A DNA stretch of 47,782 nt from Octopus bimaculoides (Eukaryota). The translations under genes and the position numbers were made by a program. Within the stretch, counting starts at the first letter, position 1, and the number at the start of each line of letters is the position of its first letter. The DNA is taken from contig NC_068988.1 in assembly GCF_001194135.2 (NCBI RefSeq), forward strand, positions 73,835,839 to 73,883,620, given 5' to 3'. This document shows, piece by piece, positions 47,656 through 47,782 of the stretch. A model generated the notes under the pieces. It worked only from the letters and a program-made list of their open reading frames with translations. It did not search any database and was not told where the DNA came from.

Positions 47656-47782
47656 CAGCGTTTCTCAACCCTATCATTTCGGGTCCCCTGTTTTGATTGA
47701 AGCCTCCAGCTGTATGAAAATTTCCTCCCCTCAAACCTGTCAGAAAACAGCTCCCCTCCAAAAAAAAGAAAACCACCCTTTC
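47656..47782 (+). mobile_element. hAT (Charlie-like) element left end
   Basis: cagcgtttctcaacc TIR preceded by atctataa (nTCTAnnn-like target). Confidence 0.5.

Overview
AT-rich eukaryotic (metazoan) genomic window, not prokaryotic. It is most consistent with an octopod cephalopod; this is inferred from effector-less tandem C2H2 genes, octopus-type tRNA SINEs, RTE LINEs with (GAT)n tails and abundant (TA)n. There are two host genes, paralogous minus-strand C2H2 zinc-finger arrays (9368-11161, 19 intact fingers; 25026-26462, 17 fingers) with homologous acceptor/5'UTR regions. Everything else is layered, decayed mobile DNA: RTE, CR1/L2-type and Penelope-like (PLE) retroelements, SINEs, a ~4.2 kb Buster/Charlie hAT, a CxxH-type DDE transposase, mariner fragments, Helitron ends, a solo LTR and foldback MITEs containing telomeric repeats. 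Ten N-gaps generate many spurious ORFs. The most notable signal, absent from the ORF track, is a set of seven type I hammerhead-ribozyme (HHR)-like motifs in four unrelated sequence families. One family sits in a ~353-bp tandem/inverted non-coding unit (retrozyme-like), one is physically linked to a PLE GIY-YIG endonuclease 3' end, one lies downstream of another PLE fragment, and one has a fully intact catalytic core. All calls were read by eye; coordinates of decayed repeats are approximate.
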